A DNA stretch of 64,000 bases from Verrucomicrobiota bacterium (GTDB lineage Bacteria; Verrucomicrobiota; Verrucomicrobiia; Limisphaerales; SXQI01). Numbering within the stretch: position 1 is the first letter of the stretch; each line of letters begins with the position of its first letter. Both the position numbers and the translations under genes were made by a program. A model generated the notes under the pieces. It had not been told where the DNA came from, ran no database searches, and worked only from the letters and a program-made list of their open reading frames with translations. Positions 8,610 through 18,710 of this stretch are shown piece by piece. The stretch is from contig JANRLX010000134.1 of assembly GCA_033762115.1 (NCBI GenBank), positions 61,615 through 125,614 on the forward strand. Reading direction: 5' to 3'.

Positions 8610-11600
8610 TTGAAGCGTTTGATCTCACAGCGTCACAGGCCGTTTCTTAATCCTGCCATACTCTGGTCAGTTGCATTGATCCTTTCGGAGCTTCTGGTTT
8701 TATCCGCCCCCAACCAATTACTGGTTCGTTTTCGAGAGAATGTTCCGGTCGCCCGCCAAAACATGTTGCTCTCTACGCCTGAAATCAGTGGCGAAATGGT
8801 AATATCAAATGAGGGGGCGGCGCGTGGCCCGCTGAAAATGATCCAGGTCCAGGAGGGGACTGACCGTGAGGAGGTCATCCGCTTCCTGAAGAACCGGCCG
8901 GAGGTGCTGTACGTGGAACCCAATTTCACCACTCATATCGCAGCGCTGCCTGCGGCGAGAGTTCCCAACGACTTCGATTTCGAGGCACTGTATGCGATGA
9001 CCAACCGTATCGCTGGCGGGGCAAAAGGGGATATTCGTGCCACGGAGGCATGGGCCTACACTGTGGGCAGCAGCAATGTCATCGTCGCCGTGATCGATAC
9101 GGGGATCGATTACTTTCATCCGGATCTTGTGGAGAATATCTGGAAAAATCCTGGGGAATTTGGAGGAAACGGTCTGGATGATGATGGAAACGGGTTTGTT
9201 GACGATCTTTATGGGTATGACTTCATTGCCGCAGATAGTGATCCGCTGGACGACCATTTGCATGGAACGCATGTGGCAGGGACAATTGGCGCTCGTGGGA
9301 ACAACCGTCTCGGAGTGACAGGGGTTTGCTGGGAAGTTCGATTGATGGGACTCAAGGCTTTTGACCGGGAAGGTGACGGAAGTGTGGCGGAAGCAATTCA
9401 GGCCATCAATTATGCTGTTCGAAATGGCGCCCTCATCATCAACGCAAGCTGGGGCCTTGAACAGGGAAGTAAAGCGCTTCACGAGGCAATCGAAGATGCC
9501 ACACGCCAGGGGGTGGTCTTTGTGGCGGCCGCTGGGAATGATCGAAAGGCTGCGGAATTTTATCCCGCGGCCTACCCTGAAGTGATTGCGGTGGCTGCAA
9601 CAGATGCTCGGGATCAACGTGCGCGATTCTCCAATTACGGATCCTGGGTGGACATCGCGGCACCTGGCGAAGCCATTCTTTCAACGTTGCCCAATAATCA
9701 ATATGGATACGAAAACGGCACATCCATGGCCTCCCCACACATTGCGGGAGTTGCTGCGCTTCTCCTGGCGAGACAGCCTGGGCTTGGAGTTGAGGAAGTC
9801 AGGAGAATATTGATCAACAGTGTTGATCCGGTGCAGGCAGATCAACCCATTGGCGCTGGTCGAATCAATGCTGCCCGGGCAGTCGTATTGGAGGCACCAT
9901 TGCCAGTCATTGAGTTCAATCCCCCAGGAAAGATAGCAGGGCATTATCTCTTCAGGGGAAGTATATATGGAGACAATCTGGCTTATTACAAACTCAGTTG
10001 TAAAAGAGGAGAAACAAACGTTCTTATTACCGAAGCGAACCAGCAGATCACAAACGGGATTCTTGGAGAATTCAACTCCTCACTTTTTCCAGACGGCGTG
10101 TACGAATTTCAAGTTACAGCAACAAACCTCAGCGGGGGAATGGCAACAATCACTCGTCGGATATCAATCCAGAACAGTGCGATTGAGTTTCCTCAATCAG
10201 CGGACATTTTACGAACAGGAGGAACGATTGAAATCCGGGGAACGCTCTTTGGAACGTTTACGAATGTGCAACTGGCGTATGCAGAAGGCCTTAAAAGAGG
10301 AGCATGGAAACGACAGGGAATTACGTTATTGGCAACCAATGATGTTATTTCCGGACCAATTGCAAATTGGGACACAACATCGCTTGCGCCCAATGAATTT
10401 TACTCACTCAAGCTGACAACAATCAGTTCAGAAGGAAAAAAACAGGAATTTATCAGCCAGGGAATTTACCTGGATAGTTTTCTTCAACCCAACTGGCCGC
10501 AATATTTTCCCTCCACCGCAGTTTTTCCGATTCAGGATTGGCGGTTCATAACTCCCGGAGAATTCGGCGCGGAAAAGGAATGGGGGCTGATCATCCTTGA
10601 GCCGGGTATTCAAGACTGGCCAGCCCGTCTTCATCGAATTAATCCCAATGGCACGATTGCCTGGACAGCGACATTGACAAATACTGTGAATTCCGGGGAT
10701 GTTCCAACAGTTGGGGATATTACAGGGGATGGCCACCCGGAAATAGTTGTTGATGCCGATGGTCTGATTTTTGCGTTTAACGACAAAGGGGATTTGCTTC
10801 CAGGCCATTGGCCGATCAGGCCCGGAGGAATCGGTTACGGAAAGGCAATCGCAGATCTGGATAATGATGGTACTCCTGAAGTCGTGGCGCTTTCGACTGA
10901 CGCGGTTTTTTTGGACAAGGGGGAATGGCGAGAACTGCTAATTATTAACAGCGCAGGAAAAATTCAGACTCGCTGGAGGATTCCATTTTGCGGAATTCCA
11001 GAAACTCTCGTTCGCCAGTTTCCTGCCGTTGCCAATCTGGATACTGACGCAGAGTTGGAGATCGTTGTTCCTTACCGTTGTGATTCGATTGCCCTTTTTG
11101 AATGGAATCTGCCCCGGATTCCGCGCTGGGTTCTGCCGACAGCAGGAGAAATCAAATGCTCGCCTGTGATTGCAGACCTGAACGGCGACAAAACCAATGA
11201 AATTGTCATGGCCATCGGATCCGGCGGAGGAATTTATGTCGTGACAGGAAATGGAAAAGTGTGGCCGAACTGGCCAGTGTTGGTTGGGGAATCCTTCGAG
11301 GTTACTCCTTCCATTGCAGATGTGGATGGAGATGGATTACTTGAAATCGCGATCCCTGCTGCGAGTTACCTTCACTTGATCGACTCACATGGTTTTGAGA
11401 AATCTGGCTGGCCAGTTAAAATCGGTAGTTCCCTGTTGTTTGCGAGCAGTGCGATGGCCGACCTGGATGGGGATGGAAAATCAGAAGTGATCCAATCCAC
11501 CTCCGGCTATCTTGGCCTTGCTCTTTCTGATGGGGACAAAGAACAGGTCGCAGGCGTGAAAATTTGGCGCGGAACTGGAGAGCGCTTCCTCAATCAAAAC

Positions 11601-13478
11601 AGGGAACTGTTACTACCCATTGAGTCCGGCGGGTCCTTGAATCATCACAAAGCAGCCACTCCGATCATAGGGGATTTCAATCGTGATGGCAGCCTGGATA
11701 TATTGATGACCAGTATTCTTGACCGAACGTTTGCGGCGGCAGGACAAACCTCGGAGTATAAAGAAAGGAACAGTATTTATTTCTGGAGTTTTCCTGAATT
11801 CGCTTCCAGCAATCGACTGGCCTGGCCTCAATTTTTTGGAAATGCAGCGCATACCGGCACCGCTTTGGAAAGTGAATTTCCTTCCGGTCCCCCGGTGATA
11901 GGAAGTGATGATTTCCTGATTCTTAAGGAAGATTCACCACGTTCCTTTGATCTACTGCTGAATGACCAGTCAGGTTTGGGCGAACGCCCAAGGATCATCG
12001 CATTTACTCAACCTCCGCATTGCGCAATTGTTGAAACTGACACGAATGGAATTGTCCTTCTAAAACCGGAAACAAATTACTTTGGAGCAACTGAGTTCTT
12101 CTACACGTCGAAATCGGGGGAAAGGACAAATACAGTCAAAGTTCGGATCATGATCAAACCGGTCAATGACCCTCCTGTCGCCATCAACAAAGTCGTCACA
12201 ATGAATCAAAACACTCGGATTGATCTTTTTTATGAAAGCTTCGATGTGGAAGGGGATGAAATCAGGTATGTGATTCTGGACAACCCAAAAAACGGGGACA
12301 TTTTTGCATACCCAAACCTCGCCGATTTTCACCCTCAACAAGGCTTTCATGGAACGAATTATTTGATTTATAAGGCGACCGATGGAAAAGCGGAAAGCGC
12401 TCCCGCCACGATCACCATTCATGTCATTGCCACAAACAACCCCCCAAAAGTCAGCAACACCTTTGTTTCCACGCGACCGGGAAAGCAGGTGGAACTTAGA
12501 TTTAATGGAACTGATCGGGATAATGATCCTTTGTCCGTGGAGCTGCTCTCCTCCGTAACCAACGGCGTCATTTCGACAAACGACACTCTATATTTTTATT
12601 TTCCGTTCGACGGGTTCGTTGGAGAGGAAAGAGTGAAATTCCGGATGTTTGATGGGATCGCTCATAGCAGCACGGGCATCGTCACAATCTACGTTACAGA
12701 GGAAAATTCTCCCCCGAGAGCGCAGGATATGTTTTTCATCACTGCTCCTGAAGTGCCTGTGGAAATTGAATTGGGGGCCAGAGATCCGGAAGGTGACTTG
12801 GTCATGTACCAGGTTTCTAACCTGCCAAAGTTCGGGACGCTTTCCGGCGAGCATCCCCACATTATTTATACACCTCCACTCGGTTTTACAGGCAAGGACC
12901 GTTTTACATTTGTCGCTTCCGATCATTCCCTGACAGGCTTGCCTGGAACAGTGACAATCACTGTTGCACGCAGCAACTCGGCACCAATTGCTTTAAATCA
13001 GTCGTTTACCGGTTTGACGAACCAGCCTCTTGTTTTTCAACTGGCGTTGTCAGATCAGGAAATGGACCCATTAACGACTGCCATTCTTAAAGGTCCGAGG
13101 CATGGATCATTAATGATGACAGGCAGTGAGCTAACCTATTTTCCTGACTTCGGGTTCGGCGGACGTGATGAGTTTTCCTACAAGGTATGGGATGGATTCA
13201 CCTACAGCCAGGATGCCTTTGTTGAGATTCAGATTCTTCCGGAAATCCGGCAGGAACTTCCTTGGATAGAGATCGGGACTTCTGTGGATTCGGGAATTGT
13301 ATTGAGAGTCTTTGGGAAAACAGGTGAAGAATTAAAGGTAGAGCAAAGTCATGACCTTTATAACTGGTCAACAGTGACAGTTGAGGTCTTAAGGGAAGGG
13401 GTGCTTCAATTGTCTCTTCCTGCGACTAACCGGGCCCCTGTTTTCTTTCGGGCTGTGGAAACCGATGAAGAGAGATAG
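8610..13478 (+). CDS. Large secreted S8 serine peptidase with FG-GAP/VCBS-like repeats and tandem Ig-like (cadherin/tandem-95-like) domains
   Basis: VAVIDTG, HGTHVAG, AAGN, GTSMASPH; repeats ADLDNDGTPEV, ADLNGDKTNEI, ADVDGDGLLEI, ADLDGDGKSEV; NDPPVA/NNPPKV/NSPPRA/NSAPIA...D.EGD...F.G.D.F.Y repeats. TTG start is uncertain. Confidence 0.92.
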   Translation: MKRLISQRHRPFLNPAILWSVALILSELLVLSAPNQLLVRFRENVPVARQNMLLSTPEISGEMVISNEGAARGPLKMIQVQEGTDREEVIRFLKNRPEVLYVEPNFTTHIAALPAARVPNDFDFEALYAMTNRIAGGAKGDIRATEAWAYTVGSSNVIVAVIDTGIDYFHPDLVENIWKNPGEFGGNGLDDDGNGFVDDLYGYDFIAADSDPLDDHLHGTHVAGTIGARGNNRLGVTGVCWEVRLMGLKAFDREGDGSVAEAIQAINYAVRNGALIINASWGLEQGSKALHEAIEDATRQGVVFVAAAGNDRKAAEFYPAAYPEVIAVAATDARDQRARFSNYGSWVDIAAPGEAILSTLPNNQYGYENGTSMASPHIAGVAALLLARQPGLGVEEVRRILINSVDPVQADQPIGAGRINAARAVVLEAPLPVIEFNPPGKIAGHYLFRGSIYGDNLAYYKLSCKRGETNVLITEANQQITNGILGEFNSSLFPDGVYEFQVTATNLSGGMATITRRISIQNSAIEFPQSADILRTGGTIEIRGTLFGTFTNVQLAYAEGLKRGAWKRQGITLLATNDVISGPIANWDTTSLAPNEFYSLKLTTISSEGKKQEFISQGIYLDSFLQPNWPQYFPSTAVFPIQDWRFITPGEFGAEKEWGLIILEPGIQDWPARLHRINPNGTIAWTATLTNTVNSGDVPTVGDITGDGHPEIVVDADGLIFAFNDKGDLLPGHWPIRPGGIGYGKAIADLDNDGTPEVVALSTDAVFLDKGEWRELLIINSAGKIQTRWRIPFCGIPETLVRQFPAVANLDTDAELEIVVPYRCDSIALFEWNLPRIPRWVLPTAGEIKCSPVIADLNGDKTNEIVMAIGSGGGIYVVTGNGKVWPNWPVLVGESFEVTPSIADVDGDGLLEIAIPAASYLHLIDSHGFEKSGWPVKIGSSLLFASSAMADLDGDGKSEVIQSTSGYLGLALSDGDKEQVAGVKIWRGTGERFLNQNRELLLPIESGGSLNHHKAATPIIGDFNRDGSLDILMTSILDRTFAAAGQTSEYKERNSIYFWSFPEFASSNRLAWPQFFGNAAHTGTALESEFPSGPPVIGSDDFLILKEDSPRSFDLLLNDQSGLGERPRIIAFTQPPHCAIVETDTNGIVLLKPETNYFGATEFFYTSKSGERTNTVKVRIMIKPVNDPPVAINKVVTMNQNTRIDLFYESFDVEGDEIRYVILDNPKNGDIFAYPNLADFHPQQGFHGTNYLIYKATDGKAESAPATITIHVIATNNPPKVSNTFVSTRPGKQVELRFNGTDRDNDPLSVELLSSVTNGVISTNDTLYFYFPFDGFVGEERVKFRMFDGIAHSSTGIVTIYVTEENSPPRAQDMFFITAPEVPVEIELGARDPEGDLVMYQVSNLPKFGTLSGEHPHIIYTPPLGFTGKDRFTFVASDHSLTGLPGTVTITVARSNSAPIALNQSFTGLTNQPLVFQLALSDQEMDPLTTAILKGPRHGSLMMTGSELTYFPDFGFGGRDEFSYKVWDGFTYSQDAFVEIQILPEIRQELPWIEIGTSVDSGIVLRVFGKTGEELKVEQSHDLYNWSTVTVEVLREGVLQLSLPATNRAPVFFRAVETDEER

Positions 13479-13547
13479 CATTAACCAAATCCTTGTTGCC
13501 CCGCTTGACGCTTTTGCCTGTGGCAAGAACACTTGTTCCAAGGATAT

Positions 13548-15077
13548 ATGAGGAAGCCTTTGCGGGTTATTATCATCGAGGATTCAGACTTCGACGCGCA
13601 ATTGCTTTTAAGCATGCTCCGAAAAGGCGATTATGATGTGCATCATCAGCGGATTGAAACAGGCGAGCATCTGCGGGAAGCGCTGGCAAAGCATCGGTGG
13701 GACTTGATTATTGCCGATTACAATCTGCCTCAATTCAGTGCGCCGGAAGCTTTGGCAATTCTTCAGGAAACCCATCTGGACCTTCCTTTCATAATTGTTT
13801 CCGGAGGCATTGGAGAAAGCACTGCTGTCGCCGCCATGAAGGCAGGCGCTCATGATTATTTAATGAAAGGCAACCTGGCGCGCCTGGTGCCAGTGGTGGA
13901 AAGGGAATTGAGGGAAGCCGCCAATCGGGAGGGAAAGCGCCAGACCAGGGAAGCTTTGGTGGAAAGTGAGTTGCGTTATCGATTACTTTGGGAAACCGCG
14001 ACTGATGCGGTCCTGCTGATTGATGATCATGGAACCATCCAGTTTGCCAACCCTGCGGTGGGCCTCGTTTTTGGTTATTCCCCCAACGAACTGATCGGCA
14101 AGCATGTTTCCAGCCTTCAACCCGCATCCGATGTGATGGGTGCGCGGAACAGCATCATGGATTATTTGCGTCCGGGGCGTCGTTCGGAGCAGGGGAGACC
14201 CATAGAAAGTTTTGCAATTCGAAAAAATGGCGCGGAATTCCCTGTCGAAGTGGTTTACCGCGACATGACAATGGAAGATAAGCATTGGCATGTGGCATTC
14301 ATTCGGGACATCTCGGACAGGTGGCGCACAGAACAGGCTTTGCGGGAGACCGAGGAGCAATTCCGAGTGGCCCACGATATCCAGCAACATCTTTTTCCCA
14401 AAGTGGCCCCGGTCATCCCGGGATTTGACCTTGGGGGAGCCTCCTTCCCCGCAGAAGCCACGGGCGGGGATTATTTCGATTATCTCCAGATGCTGGATGA
14501 TTCATTGGGGATTGTGGTTGGAGATGTGACCGGACATGGAATCGGCCCGGCATTGCTGATGGCGGAAACAAGGGCCTACCTCCGCGTCCTGGCAAAAAAC
14601 CGTGATGGCCCGGGAGAAATATTGACCCGTGCCAATCTCGTTCTTGCGGAGGATGTTGGGTTTGAACGTTTTGTTACTCTCTTCCTGGCAAAATTAACTC
14701 CCGCGAATAAATCATTGAGTTTTTCAAGTGCTGGTCATGTTCCGTGTTATATCCTGGATCAAAGCGGACAGATTAAAAAGACCATGAAACGCACTGGTGT
14801 GCCCCTTGGATTGCGACGGCATACTGTTTACGAAACGAGTGAAGTGATCGGATTGCAATCAGGCGATATTGTTCTGATGCTCACCGATGGATTTGAAGAG
14901 GCAGCTTCTCCGAGTGAAGAGTTGTTTGGGGTCGATAAAATCCTGGACCTTGTCCGCGAATGCAGGGAGCTAAGGGCTCGAGAGATTGTGGAACGATTGC
15001 ATCAGGCAGTCCTCGAATTTTCCGGTGAGGTGCCGCAGAATGATGACCTCACGGCAGTGGTGATCAAGGTTTCTTAG
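13548..15077 (+). CDS. Response regulator, REC-PAS-PP2C (SpoIIE/RsbU-type phosphatase)
   Basis: IIEDSD, LIIADY, VSG, GAHDYLMK (receiver); ANPAV...RKNG.EFPVE (PAS); GGDYFD, GDVTGHG, SAGH, TDG, DDLT (PP2C). Confidence 0.93.
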   Translation: MRKPLRVIIIEDSDFDAQLLLSMLRKGDYDVHHQRIETGEHLREALAKHRWDLIIADYNLPQFSAPEALAILQETHLDLPFIIVSGGIGESTAVAAMKAGAHDYLMKGNLARLVPVVERELREAANREGKRQTREALVESELRYRLLWETATDAVLLIDDHGTIQFANPAVGLVFGYSPNELIGKHVSSLQPASDVMGARNSIMDYLRPGRRSEQGRPIESFAIRKNGAEFPVEVVYRDMTMEDKHWHVAFIRDISDRWRTEQALRETEEQFRVAHDIQQHLFPKVAPVIPGFDLGGASFPAEATGGDYFDYLQMLDDSLGIVVGDVTGHGIGPALLMAETRAYLRVLAKNRDGPGEILTRANLVLAEDVGFERFVTLFLAKLTPANKSLSFSSAGHVPCYILDQSGQIKKTMKRTGVPLGLRRHTVYETSEVIGLQSGDIVLMLTDGFEEAASPSEELFGVDKILDLVRECRELRAREIVERLHQAVLEFSGEVPQNDDLTAVVIKVS

Positions 15078-15194
15078 AAAGGTTTTTCACCTGTTTGCTC
15101 TTCAGAAACAGATTATTTCCATCAAACCATTGTTGTGTATTGATGTTTATTCTGAATCGCGCTAATTGGATCAGGTCATCATCAAGATGCCGCT

Positions 15195-18100
15195 ATGACA
15201 GTTCATCAAAGCATTGGGTTGCACCTGGAAGGGGAGTCATCAGACCGTCCGCTTCGATATGTGAATTTGAAGCTTGCCGCCTTGGGTTGTCCCACCGTCA
15301 GTAGTGACCAGGACGATTTTCATGAGTTGGCTGGCGCTTTCCTCGCTCATCACCTGGAAAGCGAACGGCTTCTTTCTCATCATCTCTGTCCTGTGGACCA
15401 GCGCATCCAGACGTTTCTGGATGCTTATCTGGCGGGAACTGAACATCCGGTGCGTTTGCTCCATCAAACCTTTATTCTGGACCAGCATGGTCTGGCCCGC
15501 ACTCTCTCCCTGCCAGCCTACGGAGATGAGTTCAAGTCAGACATTATCCACTCCTACAGGGTTAAACAAGGAGTGCTCCACAATCCCAAAAGTGACCGGC
15601 GCACAACTCAGGGCATTTTTCACATTGCCGAGGGTGGGCTTCCCATTCCCGACGACAAGTTGGCTGTTCCCAAGAAAACGTTTGCGATGCTTCTGGATAA
15701 AGCTCTGCACTCTCCCCGAAATTTAATGCGGCTTCCGTTTACATCCGGCCAGGCACAGGAAGCTGAATGTTGGGTTTCATTATTACTCCGTCCCATCGTG
15801 TGCCCGTCTGTTCCAGGGTTCATTCGGGAAAAGAGCATGGAAATCCGTTTCTTTGCACCCGGCAACCTGGTCAGCAACCTGGATTTTGTGGAAAGCATTT
15901 TCGGAAATGCCGGGGATCCGTTTTTACCAGAGAATGATGCCTCATTGGATTCGGAACATTGGACCGGTCACACCGGCTGCGTCATTCTGGCTCCCCACCT
16001 GATCACCGTAACAAAAAAAGAGGTGGGATTACCGCATTATGATCAGGCTACAGAGCGCCAGCGCCGGGACGGGATGTGCTGGAAAGAGGAGTCGGATCTC
16101 TATAACAATGGAAGTGCCTTTAAAGTCACGGCCCGTGACACCCGCGGAGTGATGGTGACTGTGATTGCCGATAATTATTTCGGCTATTGCAAAAAGGAGG
16201 TCAAGACACAGATAAGCTTTTCCTCAAATCTTTACGGTCTTTCCGAGGAAGAACATGCAGGCGGCGCGCTGGTCTTTACCAGCTACGACCTGGGTGAGGA
16301 ATTTAGTGGAGACCTGCATGTGCGTCGGCTTCAGCACTCGTTTGGCGAAGTGGTCTCGCTTTACGGTGGCATCATGGATTTACAACCGGAAGGTTACGGG
16401 ATCGACCGGAACTATCCGAATATTTATTACGTTCCCGAGGATGTTCACATGGATCTTCGCGCCCAAACGGTGAGCTGGAGCCGGGATGGGAAAACAGAGA
16501 AGATCAAGCTGCTGGCAGACGTTACCTACGTCCGTCCATCCGGCTATAAACTGCACATGGAGAAGATCGATTCGATCCGATCCTGGCGGCTCGTAGGGAC
16601 AGTGGCTGAAGGAACGCTTTGCCATAAACCGTGCACGGTTTCAGGAGGAGGCAAATCTGAAATTTCCAAATCAATTACGGACGCAATTCTTCATGGCCCC
16701 ATTTTTGTGGCGGACCTGAAAAAGGATTTGGACAAAGTCGAGCAGTTGATCAATCGCGATTACAGTGATCGTTTTCGTTCTGATTTTCAGCGCGACAGGG
16801 ATTCGCGTCCGATCCTGAGTTCTGAGCGCTCCCTCGGGTCGGTAATCAAGCTGCTGACCCCATCGCTTCAGGAATATACCAGTTTTTATAACGAGTGGCT
16901 GGAACAGATTCCGCAATACATCAAGGAACTGGTGTTTGTGGTGAAACGATTTTACAAGCCGGAATGGGGTAAAAACTGGCGGGAACATTTTACTGTCGAT
17001 GTCGTTAATGGAACTCCTGGCAACGAAATAAAATGTGATAACCGTAAACTGGTCACCAATTACCTGCGTGTGGGGTATGAGGCAGATGGAAGCTGGCGAA
17101 CTTTTGGATTGCGCAAGGATTACCATCCGACGGCTAAAATCGCGATGGAGGATGATATCACCGCCTCGGTGGTGGTGCCGGGTCGCATTGTGAACAAGGA
17201 TGCGGAGGGAGATCAATCATCAGTAAAATTTGTCAAAAATTGCGAATACCGTCTGTTTCAACGGCCGGATGAGGCGATCCATCGCGGGTATGACAAACAA
17301 ACTGAGAAAGATTTTTCTCTATCCGATAACTTTTTTTCAAATTACGAACCATTAAGAGCCGAGTTCGCCAAAGAGCTGATCACCGATGCGGTAGGATTTG
17401 ATAAATTTACCCCGCCGATGCAGAACCTGATCAAATCTGTTGCGAATGGCGGCCAATCGTCATTTTTTGTCTCTTCCGCCCATCCAAGGATCGTGGATGG
17501 AAAACCGTCCAAAAATCCACGTTATCTCCAAATTCGGCCTGATCTTGTGAACCCTCGAGACAGTTATCTGGCGGAGATTGCGACGCGCCTGTTTCGCCGT
17601 ATTCCATTGAACGAGCCGGTTTACAACCCTGTGCATGCGGTATTGCCTGGGCGGAGAAACAATCCCCCCGACATCAAGAACAACATTCGGGCATTGGCCG
17701 TGTATAACCCCATTCATTTCATGGAACTGCCTGAGTTGTTCATGGAATATATTTGCAGCATGACCGGAAAATCCCCTTCCACAACAGGGGCGGGATCTGA
17801 AGGAGCTTTAACCAAGGGGCCTTTTAACGCACTTCCTCCAATCTATGACCTGAATAACGCGCTTTTGTCTTATTTACTGACTGGCCACAATGGTTTTGTT
17901 ACGGCCGCGGGGTATGTGGGACCGAAGTGCAGGGTGGACCATGATGTGAGCTTATTGGTTCCAGAGATCTGGAGCCGCATGAGTTTGCAGGAACGGGACC
18001 CACGTTTTCTGATCGAGAATGGATATCTGGAGAAATGCCAGGATTTCGAGCACAAAGGTCAAAAAGTGCTGTTCAGTCGTGTGGGTTACCGGATCACACT

Positions 18101-18629
18101 TCGATTTGTCATCATCTTTTTCGGACGAGTGTTCAATCATCCTCATGTTGTTTTCACGCGCGAGATGTTGAAACCGGAATTGCAGGATATGGATGTGTTC
18201 CTGGATGGAATGGAAAATATCCTGACCACCCAAAAGCGGGTGGCTGAACATTACTTCTCCGATGGTTCAGTTGAACTTGCCTGTCCGCCTCTAAAGGCAT
18301 TGTTGCATATCATGAGAGAAGGAGAGTTTGAAGGCAAAGGATTGGATCATCCGGAAATAAGGGCATTGTTCACGCGTGAATACGCCATATCAAGCGATTG
18401 GTATGCTGAACGGCTTAAAGCCAAGCAGAAGGCAGAGATTGAGCTTTGGGAGCGGCACGTCAATGCCCTTCAGGCATTCCTTTCCCGGGATACCCACTCA
18501 GATGAAGCACACCGCTTACATATCGAAGACCGACTTATTGACGCCCGAAAACGGCTGCACCAGGTTCGCGATGATGCTTATGTTGAGTTTCTTCAAGGAT
18601 CGCTGGGGCTGGAACCAAGTCTCGGCTGA
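15195..18629 (+). CDS. PPi-dependent phosphoenolpyruvate carboxykinase (PPi-PEPCK) family protein
   Basis: About 1140 aa; LHNPKSDRRTT.G.FH, NYFGYCKKEVKTQIS, HKPCTVSGGGKSEISK, RLFQRPD.AIHRGYD, GKSPSTTGAGSEGALTKGPFN match the family as I recall it. Confidence 0.85.
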   Translation: MTVHQSIGLHLEGESSDRPLRYVNLKLAALGCPTVSSDQDDFHELAGAFLAHHLESERLLSHHLCPVDQRIQTFLDAYLAGTEHPVRLLHQTFILDQHGLARTLSLPAYGDEFKSDIIHSYRVKQGVLHNPKSDRRTTQGIFHIAEGGLPIPDDKLAVPKKTFAMLLDKALHSPRNLMRLPFTSGQAQEAECWVSLLLRPIVCPSVPGFIREKSMEIRFFAPGNLVSNLDFVESIFGNAGDPFLPENDASLDSEHWTGHTGCVILAPHLITVTKKEVGLPHYDQATERQRRDGMCWKEESDLYNNGSAFKVTARDTRGVMVTVIADNYFGYCKKEVKTQISFSSNLYGLSEEEHAGGALVFTSYDLGEEFSGDLHVRRLQHSFGEVVSLYGGIMDLQPEGYGIDRNYPNIYYVPEDVHMDLRAQTVSWSRDGKTEKIKLLADVTYVRPSGYKLHMEKIDSIRSWRLVGTVAEGTLCHKPCTVSGGGKSEISKSITDAILHGPIFVADLKKDLDKVEQLINRDYSDRFRSDFQRDRDSRPILSSERSLGSVIKLLTPSLQEYTSFYNEWLEQIPQYIKELVFVVKRFYKPEWGKNWREHFTVDVVNGTPGNEIKCDNRKLVTNYLRVGYEADGSWRTFGLRKDYHPTAKIAMEDDITASVVVPGRIVNKDAEGDQSSVKFVKNCEYRLFQRPDEAIHRGYDKQTEKDFSLSDNFFSNYEPLRAEFAKELITDAVGFDKFTPPMQNLIKSVANGGQSSFFVSSAHPRIVDGKPSKNPRYLQIRPDLVNPRDSYLAEIATRLFRRIPLNEPVYNPVHAVLPGRRNNPPDIKNNIRALAVYNPIHFMELPELFMEYICSMTGKSPSTTGAGSEGALTKGPFNALPPIYDLNNALLSYLLTGHNGFVTAAGYVGPKCRVDHDVSLLVPEIWSRMSLQERDPRFLIENGYLEKCQDFEHKGQKVLFSRVGYRITLRFVIIFFGRVFNHPHVVFTREMLKPELQDMDVFLDGMENILTTQKRVAEHYFSDGSVELACPPLKALLHIMREGEFEGKGLDHPEIRALFTREYAISSDWYAERLKAKQKAEIELWERHVNALQAFLSRDTHSDEAHRLHIEDRLIDARKRLHQVRDDAYVEFLQGSLGLEPSLG

Positions 18630-18661
18630 CAAAACTTCGATTTCGGCACCCTTCAGACAAT

Positions 18662-18696
18662 AAAAAACGCTTACATACCTGGGTATGTAAGCGTTT
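18662..18696 (-). terminator. Terminator hairpin between convergent genes (T tract on the minus strand; possibly bidirectional)
   Basis: Perfect inverted repeat AAACGCTTACATACC / GGTATGTAAGCGTTT with an A run on its left side. Confidence 0.8.
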
Positions 18697-18710
18697 GAAC
18701 CTTCGAGATT

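Noticed and set aside
8805..9617. Long antisense ORFs (also 37131-37907, 39963-40616, 53207-54028, 56469-57185, 63030-63740)
   Set aside because: They lie on the strand opposite well-supported genes, have no recognisable motifs, and are expected shadow ORFs.
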